Position numbers and translations under genes: made by a program. Of a DNA stretch of 64,000 bases, positions 54,410 through 64,000 are shown in pieces. The stretch lies in the NCBI GenBank assembly GCA_963823285.1, contig CAWGKX010000006.1, positions 87,648 to 151,647 of the forward strand, in the 5' to 3' direction. The notes beneath the pieces were generated by a model that saw only the letters and a program-made list of their open reading frames with translations, was not told the origin of the DNA and did not search any database. The stretch's first letter is position 1; each line of letters opens with the position of its first letter. The stretch comes from an uncultured Bacteroidales bacterium (GTDB lineage Bacteria; Bacteroidota; Bacteroidia; Bacteroidales; JAGOPY01).

Positions 54410-55704
54410 TCAGAAGAGCTTGGTCAGGTATTCCAATTGCATTTTACGCGACCCTTTTATGAGGATCATCTTTCCGGATAGCGGATGATTCCGGAACCAT
54501 TTTTCAGCCTCATGGATGTTTGCAAAACAGATTTCATGGCCACCATTCGCTGCCTGGCTGAAATTTTCGCCCACGACAAATACTTTGCCAATAGATAAGT
54601 TTCTCACCAGGTCGATGATTTCGCGGTGTTCCCTGAGGCTATTTTCCCCTAGCTCCATCATATCTCCTAAGATAATCATTTTCGAATTGGCATCAATTTT
54701 ATGAAAATTATTCAGGGCTGCTTTCATGCTTGAAGGATTGGCATTATATGCATCGAGAACAAGGACATTCCGATCTGTCCGGATCCATTGAGACCGATTA
54801 TTATCGGGATTATAATCACCGATTGATTTGTCGATCTGCACAGGGCTTACTCCAAAATACAAACCTATACTGACAGCGGCCATGACATTTTCAAAGTTAT
54901 AATCGCCATATAGCCTGGTGCTGACAGAACCTGTTTGATGGCCAGCAGACCAGGTGACCGCCAGATAAGGGTCTCTTTCAAGTATTTCACCTTTACAGGT
55001 GGCATTTTCATCTGATCCGTAGGTCGATAGTCCTCATTCCCCCGGAGAGTTTTTGAAGAAGCGGGTCATCCAGGTTTATGAATATAAGTCCGTTATTTTG
55101 CCTGATAAAATCGTAGAGTTCAGATTTAGCCCTGATCAACGCCTTCAAAACTGCCAAACCCTTCCAGGTGAGCTTTACCGATATTGGTGATGAGGCCAAA
55201 ATCCGGCCTGGCTATATGGCATAATGCGCTGATTTCTCCCGGATGATTGGCGCCCATTTCGACCACTGCAAAATCGGTATCTTTTTGAATGGAAAGGATC
55301 GTAAGGGGAACCCCGATGTGGTTATTAAGATTTCCCTGGGTCATCACAGTTTTATAGGCGGAAGATAAAACCCTTCCGATGAGCTCTTTAGTAGTGGTTT
55401 TCCCGTTGGACCCGGTGATGCCTATAATTTTCGCCGTGATATTCCGGCGATGGATAACAGCAAGTTGCTGCAAGGCCTGCAGGGTATCCGGAACCAGGAG
55501 AACCGGTCTCCCGGCCATTTTGGAAGGGTCATCAATAACGGCAAAGGCAGCATTTTTTTCGAGAGCTTCCGCGGCAAACTGATTTCCGTCGAAATGGTCT
55601 CCTTTAAATGCAAAGAATATGGATTCAGGAATGACATTTCTCGAATCGGTGGAAATCCCCGGAAACCGTAGAAAGTAATTGTATATTTCTTTAGGGGTCG
55701 TCAT
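54410..55704 (-). pseudogene. murF: UDP-N-acetylmuramoyl-tripeptide--D-alanyl-D-alanine ligase MurF, interrupted by two +1 frameshifts as assembled
   Basis: Three collinear pieces lie in three frames. The first (55126..55704) runs MTTPKEIYNYF...ITGSNGKTTTKE...ITNIGKAHLEGFGSFEGV. The second (55008..55199) contains IRAKSELYDFIRQNNGLIFINLDDPLLQKLSGGMRTID. The third is open from 55033 to 54410 and runs YGSDENATCKGE...DAYNANPSSMKAAL...ILGDMMELGE.... Removing one base near 55135-55140 and one C (plus-strand gg at 55022-55023) restores a 430-aa MurF. Confidence 0.9.
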
Positions 55705-55785
55705 CGTATCAAGCAGATATACAAAGATAAAAAACCCCATGCTGCAAATACAGCATGGGGCATTAATAAATCTCTTAACAGGATA

Positions 55786-57258
55786 TTACTTGCCTTTCAT
55801 AGGGTCGCCGGTGCGTATCATGGCGCAGCGGAAGCCAACCCAGTTGGTAGCGGCAGTTTCATCCAGGAAGCGGCGAGTACCCGGGCTGAGGAAATAGGGA
55901 CCATCCTTCCAGGATCCACCCTTAACCACTCTTGATTTATCCGTGATCAGGGAGGTCACGCCATATTCATACATATCACTGGTAGTATTTTTCCCCGGGT
56001 CTGTCAGCCAGTCACCGTTAATATTTGATTGGTAGTCGCCATCAGTATAATTGATATTATCAGCTTTGCGATAATTAGTCCGGTTCATGCTTTCTTCTAC
56101 TGTAACAGGTATGCGGGGCATCTTACCAAGGCTGTCGGCCGGGAGGAGGAATCCGTCGGCATCGGTAGCCGGCTTGGTGAAAATATTACCACGGAAAGGC
56201 GCATAATCGGCAACATCTTCCGGGGAGAGGGGACGATATACGTCCAGGGTCCATTCCGCGACATTGCCAGCCATATTATACAGGCCATAATCATTTGGCC
56301 AGTAAGATCCAACAGGAGCAGGCAGGTCAGCGCCATCATTCAGGTTGCCGGAAACGCCCATATAATCTCCTTCCGATCTTTTAAAATTAGCTATGAAGCT
56401 GCCGTAATATTTTTTCTGGTCTGTACGCAGGAGGTTTCCATTCCATGGGTAGATTCTTCTTTCCACCACTCTTTCATAAATAGTATTGCCGATAAGGCCC
56501 AAAGCTGCAAATTCCCACTCAGCCTCGGTTGGGAGCCTGTATTTCGGCAGGAGGATGCCATCCTCCATTGAGACCGGACGTTCGCCCGTGCTATTGGGGT
56601 CAAGATTAGGCTTATTTTTATTGACAAGGCCAACATACTGGCCGGCAAGGTAAGCATCCGTATTAAAATTTTCGCGGTTTTTCTGGTCAGGGTCGTAGTC
56701 GAGTATACCTTCTTTAATAAGTATCATCTCATTAACGCGGTCGGTTCTCCAAAGGCAGAAATCATTTGCCTGCAACCAGTTAACACCGACGACCGGATAA
56801 TCATGATAAGCGGGATGGCGGAGGTAATTTTCCACGAGCGGCTCATTATAGGCAAGTTTTTCCCTCCAGACAAGCGTATCCGGGCGGGCATTGTGCACCA
56901 CTGCCGGGAAATCCTGTCCGAATACGCGGTTGAGCCAGTAAAGGTATTCGAGGTAGGCCAGGTTGCTTACTTCGGTCTGGTCCATGTAAAATGACGGGAC
57001 GGTAACTTTACGGGGAACATTATCCCATTCATAGGTAAGGTTTTCACTATTGGCACCCATGACAAAGGAACCACCTTCAATTAATACTAATCCAGGACCA
57101 GTTGCCTGTTCTCTGGCGGACGAGACTTCAAAGCCACCCATCTGAGGGTCATTATATTGCCAACCTGTAGTTCGGGAGGCTTCCTTTTTACAGGAGGACA
57201 TCATCGCAAGCAAGACGCCTGCAAGAAAAACTGCACTCAAAATCCTGAATCTGATCAT
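55786..57258 (-). CDS. gldJ: Gliding-motility/T9SS lipoprotein GldJ (SUMF1/FGE-fold)
   Basis: The 490-aa ORF has a lipobox (MSSC). The segment TTGWQYNDPQMGGFEVSSAREQATGPGLVLIEGGSFVMG and the following VTVPSFYMDQTEVSN match my memory of GldJ rather than GldK. The gene is adjacent to porU, as in Flavobacterium johnsoniae. Confidence 0.75.
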   Translation of the reverse strand: MIRFRILSAVFLAGVLLAMMSSCKKEASRTTGWQYNDPQMGGFEVSSAREQATGPGLVLIEGGSFVMGANSENLTYEWDNVPRKVTVPSFYMDQTEVSNLAYLEYLYWLNRVFGQDFPAVVHNARPDTLVWREKLAYNEPLVENYLRHPAYHDYPVVGVNWLQANDFCLWRTDRVNEMILIKEGILDYDPDQKNRENFNTDAYLAGQYVGLVNKNKPNLDPNSTGERPVSMEDGILLPKYRLPTEAEWEFAALGLIGNTIYERVVERRIYPWNGNLLRTDQKKYYGSFIANFKRSEGDYMGVSGNLNDGADLPAPVGSYWPNDYGLYNMAGNVAEWTLDVYRPLSPEDVADYAPFRGNIFTKPATDADGFLLPADSLGKMPRIPVTVEESMNRTNYRKADNINYTDGDYQSNINGDWLTDPGKNTTSDMYEYGVTSLITDKSRVVKGGSWKDGPYFLSPGTRRFLDETAATNWVGFRCAMIRTGDPMKGK

Positions 57259-57289
57259 ATGAGGTAAACATTAATTTTCGACATAATAA

Positions 57290-58294
57290 CTAAAAGCCCG
57301 GGGCATTTATTGCACGAAGCCTTCGCTTTTTTTCTATGCAATTGAACTGCCACGCGAGTGAAATTTCGTGAGCCCCGCCAGTATTGCTTTTCAGCTTGGA
57401 GATGGTAATATCATAACTATAACCGATTTTAAGGTTTTTATAGTTGATCCCTACTAATACTATGACAGCATCGGCATTCTCAAAGTTGTGCCTGAACCAG
57501 GTCCCGATCACAATCGGAAGGCGAACGACATAAAGACCTGCGTTGATCTGGTGGAAATCACCCTGCTGTTGATAGAGCAAATTGGGAGCGATATAAAACT
57601 TAGGCTCAGTATCTTCCGCGAATCCTGCTCCACCTTTATCAAGATTTATATTTACCCCTACATGCCCGGTGATCTTCATCGGCAATTTATTTGAGTTAGC
57701 CGTATAGAAAGCCAGATTTGGTTCTGTCAGGTGACTGACGGCAACACCGCCATATAAGATTCCTTTCCAGCCAAATGCAACTCCGGTTGAAAAGTCGGGC
57801 ACAACGACCGAAGTGTTGTCGGGCGGGTTTTCGGATGTGGGCAATATAAAACCCTGCTGTGGGTCGATCTGGTCGCCGAACTGCAATAAATTCCAGTTCA
57901 ATGATTTCTGGAGGAAAGTTGCCTGGAGGGCCAGATTGAAATACAGATTTTCGGCGGCCCTGAAGCTGAAAGCATAGATCAGGCTGGCCTGTGTAGTTTT
58001 AAGAATTCCATCGCCGGCGTTGTCCATGTTCAATAAAACGCCGATTCCGCCATGGAGCTTATTAACATACTGATCAAATGAAGCGTTGTAACTGACGAAG
58101 CTTTTTGCCAGTCCTGGCCATTGATTGCGGTAGTTTATTACCGCTCTCGGGCAAATTCCAGCTCCAGCCATGGCTGGGTTCAGATATACGGGATTAGCGT
58201 AGAACTGGGAGAATTCAGGGTCCTGAGCATAACCCTGAGTGGTGAACAAAATGATTGTTACAACCGTTAATGCAAGTAGAATTCTATGCGACAT
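57290..58294 (-). CDS. Type IX secretion system membrane protein, PorP/SprF family
   Basis: The ORF track gives 57290..58321. I prefer Met10 (MSHRILLALTVVTIILFTTQGYAQ). The hallmark N-terminus QDPEFSQFYANPVYLNPAMAG is present. Confidence 0.8.
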   Translation of the reverse strand: MSHRILLALTVVTIILFTTQGYAQDPEFSQFYANPVYLNPAMAGAGICPRAVINYRNQWPGLAKSFVSYNASFDQYVNKLHGGIGVLLNMDNAGDGILKTTQASLIYAFSFRAAENLYFNLALQATFLQKSLNWNLLQFGDQIDPQQGFILPTSENPPDNTSVVVPDFSTGVAFGWKGILYGGVAVSHLTEPNLAFYTANSNKLPMKITGHVGVNINLDKGGAGFAEDTEPKFYIAPNLLYQQQGDFHQINAGLYVVRLPIVIGTWFRHNFENADAVIVLVGINYKNLKIGYSYDITISKLKSNTGGAHEISLAWQFNCIEKKRRLRAINAPGF

Positions 58295-58466
58295 CAATCC
58301 AGCCTTAAAATGAGGGTACAAGTATACAATAAATTTTTAATTCAAAATATTTTTTTTGCAATATTTACCTTGTACAATATAAGGGATGACGAATCGTTTT
58401 TCTTTTAATATTGCATAATTATTGCAGATGCTATATATCCCATTAATTTTTACCAATAAGCCAGCC

Positions 58467-61400
58467 ATGAGACTATCGGGATTGATTTTTATTTTTACCC
58501 TGGTTTCGCTGTGCCTGGTTGCCGGGGAAAACAGCTATCACAGGACAATTTCCTGGAAAAGCCTGGAAAAGATCCCTGTAAATGAAGCCGATAGTTTGGT
58601 AAAGGCTTATTTTGATGGCGCCATTTATAATAAGGAAAACTGCTGCCTTCCTTTTTACAGTGAGACTTTTCCTTTAGCCGCCACAACCTCAGGAATTTCA
58701 GCAGCCATTGCCAATCCTGTTTTTGACGTTGCCCCGGAAGGCTTTGAAAAAATTGCCGGCCTTGGCCAGGTGAAAAATGATATAGAATTGACGGCATTTA
58801 TCAGTTATGAGAGGAAGAAGCCTTTTGCCAACTGTTCCTTCTTGCCTGTCAGGATAAATCCTTACAACGGACAGTTTGAAATACTTATTTCTTTCGATAT
58901 CGTTATCAATTCAAAGGAGGATGATGCAGCACGGCATTCTTTAAAAACCAATTATGCTTCAAATTCAGTTTTAGCTTCCGGCAACTGGTACAAAATATCT
59001 GTCGTCGAGACAGGCATTCACCAGATTACATACAGCGACCTTCAGAAAATGGGAATAAATCCTTCGTCGATCGATCCGAGGAATATACGTTTATATGGAA
59101 ATGGAGGAGGGATGCTTCCGGAATCGCTTGCGGATTTCAGGCATGATGACCTGGCCGAAAACAATATTTTTGTTTCGGGTGAAAGCGACGGGCGTTTTGA
59201 TCAGCAGGATTATATACTTTTCTACGGGGAATCGCCCCATATATGGAAATATCAATCGTTCACCCAGTCGTTCAATCATGAACAAAATATTTACAGTGAT
59301 TCCACTTATTATTTTTTAACTGCAGACCTTGGCCCCGGGAAGAGGGTGGCAGTTATGCCGGCCGTCACCGAGCCACCTAACGTTTATGTCAGCAAATTCA
59401 CCGATTATGCCTATCATGAACTGGACCTGTTTAATCTTTCCAATATCGGAAGGGTATGGTATGGAGAAGTTTTCGACGTATCGACATCATACAATTTCGA
59501 TTATAATTTTCCCAACGTCGATATTACGGCTCCTGCATATTTCAGGGCTTATGTGGCTGCAAATTCTGATGTTGCCACTTCCTTCAAATTTTTCAACGGA
59601 AATGACCAGATCATGTCGGCCAATATCGCGGGCATTCCTCAGAACAATCCCAATGCACCGGCTGCAAAGCCTTATGTGGGCAGCGATTGGTTTAACCCTT
59701 CATCAGATAATATCAATATCCGGATCAATTATAACAAGGTAAGTTCGAGTTCCATCGGTTGGCTGAACTATTTTGAGCTGAATGTAGTACGAAACCTTGT
59801 TTTTTCCGGAGCCCAGATGTCGTTCCGTGACCCGGCCTCATTTGCACCGGGAGCCATAGCCGAATTTACCCTGGGCAATGCCGGCCAGAATGTCCAGGTA
59901 TGGAATGTCACCGATCCGACGAATGCGGAAAAGATCGAAACGGTTCAATCCGGCGGTAACCTGGTATTTCGTTCTCACCAGGATACCCTTACGGAATTCA
60001 TTGCTTTTAACGGCGACAGTTACCTGCCCATCAATTTCACCGGGAAAATCGCCAATCAGAACCTGCATGCTTCAGGGCCAAGGGATTTGATCATTATCTC
60101 AAATCCGCTGTTCAAGGAGCAGGCCGGACGGCTTGCCGCATTTCATGAGCAGGCTGATGGCATGACGGTGCTGGTCGCTGATCTTGGCCAGGTATACAAT
60201 GAATTTTCTTCAGGGGCACAGGACATTACTGCCATCAGAAATTTTATGAAATTATTATACGACACCGCCCCTGCGGGACAAGAGCCAAAATACCTGTTGC
60301 TTTTCGGCGATGCTTCATTTGATTATAAGGACAGGATAAAGAACAATACCAATATGGTTCCGACCTGGGAAGATGAAGAATCCCTGAATATGGTTTATTC
60401 CATAGCGTCGGACGATTATTACGGATTCCTGGACGGGCCGGGCGACAACATGCTGGATATAGGGATAGGGCGAATGCCGGTTCAGACAGTGGACCAGGCC
60501 ACGACCGGCGTCGATAAGATCATCCATTATGCGACGAATACGCCGGTTGTGATGAAAGACTGGCGTAATTACCTGTGTTTTGTGGCTGATGACGAAGAAG
60601 GAAACATGTTCATCAATCAGGCGGAAGAAATGATTTCTTATATCGATACCAATTACGCGGTTTATAATATTGATAAGATATACCTGGACGCATTTCCGCA
60701 GATCTCCACACCTGGCGGGCAGAGGGCCCCGGACGTCAACGAGGCCATCAACAGCAGGATCGATAAAGGATGCCTGATCATGAATTACACAGGTCATGGG
60801 GGAGAAGTAGGATGGGGTACAGAGCGTTTCCTGGAAAATTCCGATATCAACTCATGGACCAATTATGACCACATGCCGATATTTATCACGGCCACCTGTG
60901 AGTTCAGCAGGTATGATGACCCGGAGCGGGTATCTGCAGGCGAATATACTTACCTGAATCCAAACGGCGGAGCGATCGCCATGTTCACTACTGCCAGGGC
61001 GACCTTTGGCGGATCGAATTTCAACCTGAACACGGCACTTTATGAATACCTTTTTGAAGAAAACGGAGGTGATTATTATAAATTCGGGGATGTTATCCGG
61101 CTGGCAAAAAACAGGGGAGGTGTCGATGGCAATGATAAAAAATTCATCCTGCTGGGTGATCCGGCCCTTCACCTTGCCTATCCGATGAATGAAGTGGTCA
61201 CTACAAAGATCAATGACGAGGATGTGACCGATAACCCCGATACGTTACAGGCATTGAAAAAGATGACGGTCGAAGGTCAGGTGCAGACATCTTTAAGAGG
61301 ATATTCGGGATTCAACGGAACTGTTTATACTACAGTCTTCGACAAACCTTCAAAAGTTACGACACTGGCCACTGATCCTGACAGTTACGCACAAACTTTT

Positions 61401-62264
61401 GACTTGCAGAACAATATTCTTTATAAAGGTAAAGCCCAGGTCGTTGATGGCAAATTCAGCTTTACTTTCGTCGTACCGAAAGATATTGCCTACCAGTATG
61501 GTTTCGGCAAGATCAGCTATTATGCTGCAAATGAGACCGAAGACGCCCATGGATTCTTCAGCAATATCCTGGTGGGCGGGCTTGATCAATCCGTTAACCC
61601 GGATACGACAGGCCCGAAAGTTAAATTATATATGAATGATACAAATTTCGTTTTTGGCGGAATTACTGATGAAAGCCCTGTTATGCTTTCTTACGTGAGC
61701 GATTCGAACGGGATTAACACGGTAGGTTCCGGCATCGGGCATGATATCGTGGCTATTCTGGATGGAAACAGCGATAAGCCCATCATCCTTAATGATTTTT
61801 ATGAATCAGACCTTAATAGTTACACCAAAGGGACAATACGTTATCCTTTCCATAATCTGGCGAAAGGCCTGCATACGCTGTCCATTAAGGTATGGGATGT
61901 GTTCAACAACAGCGCTGATGCTTACCTTGAGTTCAATGTCGTTATGTCTGATAAATTTGTCATAAGTGATTTGATGAATTATCCCAACCCTTTCACAGAA
62001 GGTACTTCCTTTGTTTTTTCGCATAACCAGGCAGAAGGCAGCCTTGATGTAAACATCAGTATTTACAATATGGCCGGACAGGTCGTCAAAACTTTCCAGC
62101 AGAACATTACCCCGACAGGCTACCGATCAGAGCCGATATACTGGAATGGCCTTGACAATTCAGGCTCTCCGTTAGCAAAAGGTTTGTACCTTTACCGGTT
62201 TAATGTCAGGAGTGAAAATGGCCAGACGGATGGTAAAACCGGGAAGCTGATCCTGATCAGATAA
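58467..62264 (+). CDS. porU: T9SS sortase-like C25 (gingipain-family) peptidase PorU
   Basis: The ORF track gives 58422..62264. I prefer Met16 (MRLSGLIFIFTLVSLCLVAG). The C25 catalytic-type motifs NYTGHGGE (His) and FITATCEFS (Cys) are present. The C-terminus LDVNISIYNMAGQVVKTF...GLYLYRFNV...GKLILIR is a T9SS C-terminal domain. Confidence 0.85.
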   Translation: MRLSGLIFIFTLVSLCLVAGENSYHRTISWKSLEKIPVNEADSLVKAYFDGAIYNKENCCLPFYSETFPLAATTSGISAAIANPVFDVAPEGFEKIAGLGQVKNDIELTAFISYERKKPFANCSFLPVRINPYNGQFEILISFDIVINSKEDDAARHSLKTNYASNSVLASGNWYKISVVETGIHQITYSDLQKMGINPSSIDPRNIRLYGNGGGMLPESLADFRHDDLAENNIFVSGESDGRFDQQDYILFYGESPHIWKYQSFTQSFNHEQNIYSDSTYYFLTADLGPGKRVAVMPAVTEPPNVYVSKFTDYAYHELDLFNLSNIGRVWYGEVFDVSTSYNFDYNFPNVDITAPAYFRAYVAANSDVATSFKFFNGNDQIMSANIAGIPQNNPNAPAAKPYVGSDWFNPSSDNINIRINYNKVSSSSIGWLNYFELNVVRNLVFSGAQMSFRDPASFAPGAIAEFTLGNAGQNVQVWNVTDPTNAEKIETVQSGGNLVFRSHQDTLTEFIAFNGDSYLPINFTGKIANQNLHASGPRDLIIISNPLFKEQAGRLAAFHEQADGMTVLVADLGQVYNEFSSGAQDITAIRNFMKLLYDTAPAGQEPKYLLLFGDASFDYKDRIKNNTNMVPTWEDEESLNMVYSIASDDYYGFLDGPGDNMLDIGIGRMPVQTVDQATTGVDKIIHYATNTPVVMKDWRNYLCFVADDEEGNMFINQAEEMISYIDTNYAVYNIDKIYLDAFPQISTPGGQRAPDVNEAINSRIDKGCLIMNYTGHGGEVGWGTERFLENSDINSWTNYDHMPIFITATCEFSRYDDPERVSAGEYTYLNPNGGAIAMFTTARATFGGSNFNLNTALYEYLFEENGGDYYKFGDVIRLAKNRGGVDGNDKKFILLGDPALHLAYPMNEVVTTKINDEDVTDNPDTLQALKKMTVEGQVQTSLRGYSGFNGTVYTTVFDKPSKVTTLATDPDSYAQTFDLQNNILYKGKAQVVDGKFSFTFVVPKDIAYQYGFGKISYYAANETEDAHGFFSNILVGGLDQSVNPDTTGPKVKLYMNDTNFVFGGITDESPVMLSYVSDSNGINTVGSGIGHDIVAILDGNSDKPIILNDFYESDLNSYTKGTIRYPFHNLAKGLHTLSIKVWDVFNNSADAYLEFNVVMSDKFVISDLMNYPNPFTEGTSFVFSHNQAEGSLDVNISIYNMAGQVVKTFQQNITPTGYRSEPIYWNGLDNSGSPLAKGLYLYRFNVRSENGQTDGKTGKLILIR

Positions 62265-62329
62265 TAAAAGTTTTTTTAATTTGCAGGCAACTATTTATGG
62301 TGATAAGGTGTCTACATGATAAATAATTC

Positions 62330-64000
62330 ATGAGAAAATTCTGCTTATACCGCACATTGATCCTATTACTCGCTTTATCCCTTTCTGCGGGGGTCACAGG
62401 ACAGGGGCAGGATTTTACAATCAGCGAGAAGTTGCAGTGGCAGCCGTCAAAGCAATTATTCCCGGGACATTCCATACTATGTTTTGAAGGGGCCGTGAAT
62501 CATGACAGCCTTGGATTCTTGCCGGTTTACCAGAATACTTTTCCAGCAGCGATGACCGGGAAAGTGTCGGGGATTAAATTGTCTGATGAAGTTTATGAAC
62601 CGGTCGAAATGGATGAACCTGGCAGTTTCCCTGACCTGGACCTGATAGGTTCAGAGCCAAAGATATTCATATCGACTTTTACGGAACGGAAAGTTCCCAG
62701 TCAGGCTCTGATTCTTCTTCCGCTGAGGAAAGCAAAGGGAAAAGAAGGATTTGAGAAACTGGTTTCATTTAAAATAAGGATGAGCCTAACGGCTGATCAA
62801 CTTGCAGGACCAGAAAGAGAAACTTCATTGAGAAACAATGCAGAACATTCAGTCTTACAGACCGGTGACTGGTACCGCATAGCGGTGAAAGAGACCGGGA
62901 TCCACAGGCTTAATTACCAGGACCTCGTCGACATGGGGATCAACCCGGATCAGGTCGATCCACGCAACATCAGGATATACGGGAACGGCGCCGGCATGCT
63001 GGAGGAGGCCAATTCGCTGCCCAGGACGGATGACCTGATGGAAAATTCCATTTTTGTAAGCGGGGAAGCAGACGGCCGTTTCGATCCTGCGGATTATATC
63101 CTCTTTTACGGTGAAAGCCCGGTATACATCAAGTATAATGCCTTTTATCTTCAGTATGAACATGAAGTCAATCTCTATACCGACCGGACTTATTATTTCC
63201 TGACGGTAAGCGGAAGCCCCGGGAAGAGGATCCGGCAGGCAGAGGAAGTGGCAGGTGAGCCGACCAATGAGGTTTATAATTTCCAGGACATTGCTTTTCA
63301 CGAAAAGGATTCGTTGAACCTGATCAAATCAGGTAAATTATGGTATGGCGAAGTATTTAATACCCAACTTGATTATAATTTCCCTTTTAAACTGACCGGT
63401 ATCGACCTTTCCGAGCCGTTATATCTGAAAGTCAGCCTGGCCGGTAGATCGACGACCTCTACGAATTTCGACCTTTATGCTGACGGCAGCTTAATCACAG
63501 AGTTGGATGTCCCTTCCGTGACAATAGGCACACAAATTTATGCGAAGCCAATCACGTCCAATTATGAAATGTTTTATGCAAATGATGAAAATGTAGACAT
63601 CGATATTTCTTTTGTAAAACCCGGAAGCATTGATATAGCGTGGTTGGATTACATTGAGCTTAATTATATCCGTCGCCTGGATTTTCCGGGGGGGCAGCTC
63701 AGTTTCAGGGACATGAGGCCGGTAAGTGCCGGCAATATTGCCCGATATCATATACAAACATCCAAACAAGGCGAGAGCATCTGGGAAGTCACAGATCCCG
63801 GCAATATCACGGAACAACAGATCACAAATGAATCAGGAGGTATATCAATAAAAGCGCCCTCTGATATTCTTAAGGAATTTATCGCCTTTGACGGCACACA
63901 GTTTTTTACGCCTGAATTTATAAACAAGGTTGAGAACCAGGATTTACACAGCCTGCAACCCGTCGATTATGTCATTGTCACCAATCCGTTGTTCCTGGAC
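62330..64000 (+). CDS. Second PorU-like C25-family protein, N-terminal 557 codons (runs off the right window edge)
   Basis: This gene is absent from the ORF track because it has no in-window stop. The ATG at 62330 opens a frame that stays open to 64000. It begins MRKFCLYRTLILLLALSLSAGVTGQ. The segment TGDWYRIAVKETGIHRLNYQDLVDMGINPDQVDPRNIRIYGNGAGML...FVSGEADGRFDPADYILFYGES parallels PorU residues SGNWYKISVVETGIHQITYSDLQKMGINPSSIDPRNIRLYGNGGGML...FVSGESDGRFDQQDYILFYGES. Confidence 0.8.
   Translation, partial: MRKFCLYRTLILLLALSLSAGVTGQGQDFTISEKLQWQPSKQLFPGHSILCFEGAVNHDSLGFLPVYQNTFPAAMTGKVSGIKLSDEVYEPVEMDEPGSFPDLDLIGSEPKIFISTFTERKVPSQALILLPLRKAKGKEGFEKLVSFKIRMSLTADQLAGPERETSLRNNAEHSVLQTGDWYRIAVKETGIHRLNYQDLVDMGINPDQVDPRNIRIYGNGAGMLEEANSLPRTDDLMENSIFVSGEADGRFDPADYILFYGESPVYIKYNAFYLQYEHEVNLYTDRTYYFLTVSGSPGKRIRQAEEVAGEPTNEVYNFQDIAFHEKDSLNLIKSGKLWYGEVFNTQLDYNFPFKLTGIDLSEPLYLKVSLAGRSTTSTNFDLYADGSLITELDVPSVTIGTQIYAKPITSNYEMFYANDENVDIDISFVKPGSIDIAWLDYIELNYIRRLDFPGGQLSFRDMRPVSAGNIARYHIQTSKQGESIWEVTDPGNITEQQITNESGGISIKAPSDILKEFIAFDGTQFFTPEFINKVENQDLHSLQPVDYVIVTNPLFLD

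Overview
This is a Bacteroidota-type chromosomal segment. It carries type IX secretion/gliding genes (gldJ, porP/sprF, two porU-like genes), many lipoprotein-type signal peptides, and T9SS C-terminal sorting domains. The organism is probably an anaerobe, given a tungsten-type aldehyde:ferredoxin oxidoreductase and a multiheme cytochrome.

Layout:
- 1-4.4 kb: a redox module on the minus strand. It comprises a multiheme cytochrome c with at least 19 CXXCH motifs (cut by the window edge), an Fe-S flavoprotein, and a membrane protein.
- 4.4-20.7 kb: housekeeping genes (recQ, kpsF, lptB, folC, exbBD) interleaved with a tungsten/AOR island. The island holds a WtpA-like binding protein, a ModE-like regulator, AOR, and a ThiF/ThiS-like pair.
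- 20.9-53.0 kb: a 32-kb block of consecutive minus-strand genes, all encoding secreted non-enzymatic proteins built from cohesin-like and dockerin-like modules. Two are giant proteins (about 3879 and 1689 aa) whose stalks are 25 and 5 near-identical 82-aa (246-bp) repeats. Each giant is followed by a nearly identical 258-aa cohesin-like protein with a C-terminal sorting-signal-like tail. The block also holds a 4-cohesin plus dockerin scaffoldin-like protein and three cohesin carriers ending in T9SS C-terminal domains.
- 53.3-64 kb: anmK, murF, gldJ, porP/sprF and two tandem porU paralogs.

My main candidate for a novel system is a T9SS-linked cohesin-dockerin surface-assembly locus.

Four genes, including the essential lptB and murF, are broken by single-base insertions. 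These most likely reflect sequencing or assembly error. All calls rest on reading the translations and the DNA by eye; no database search was run.
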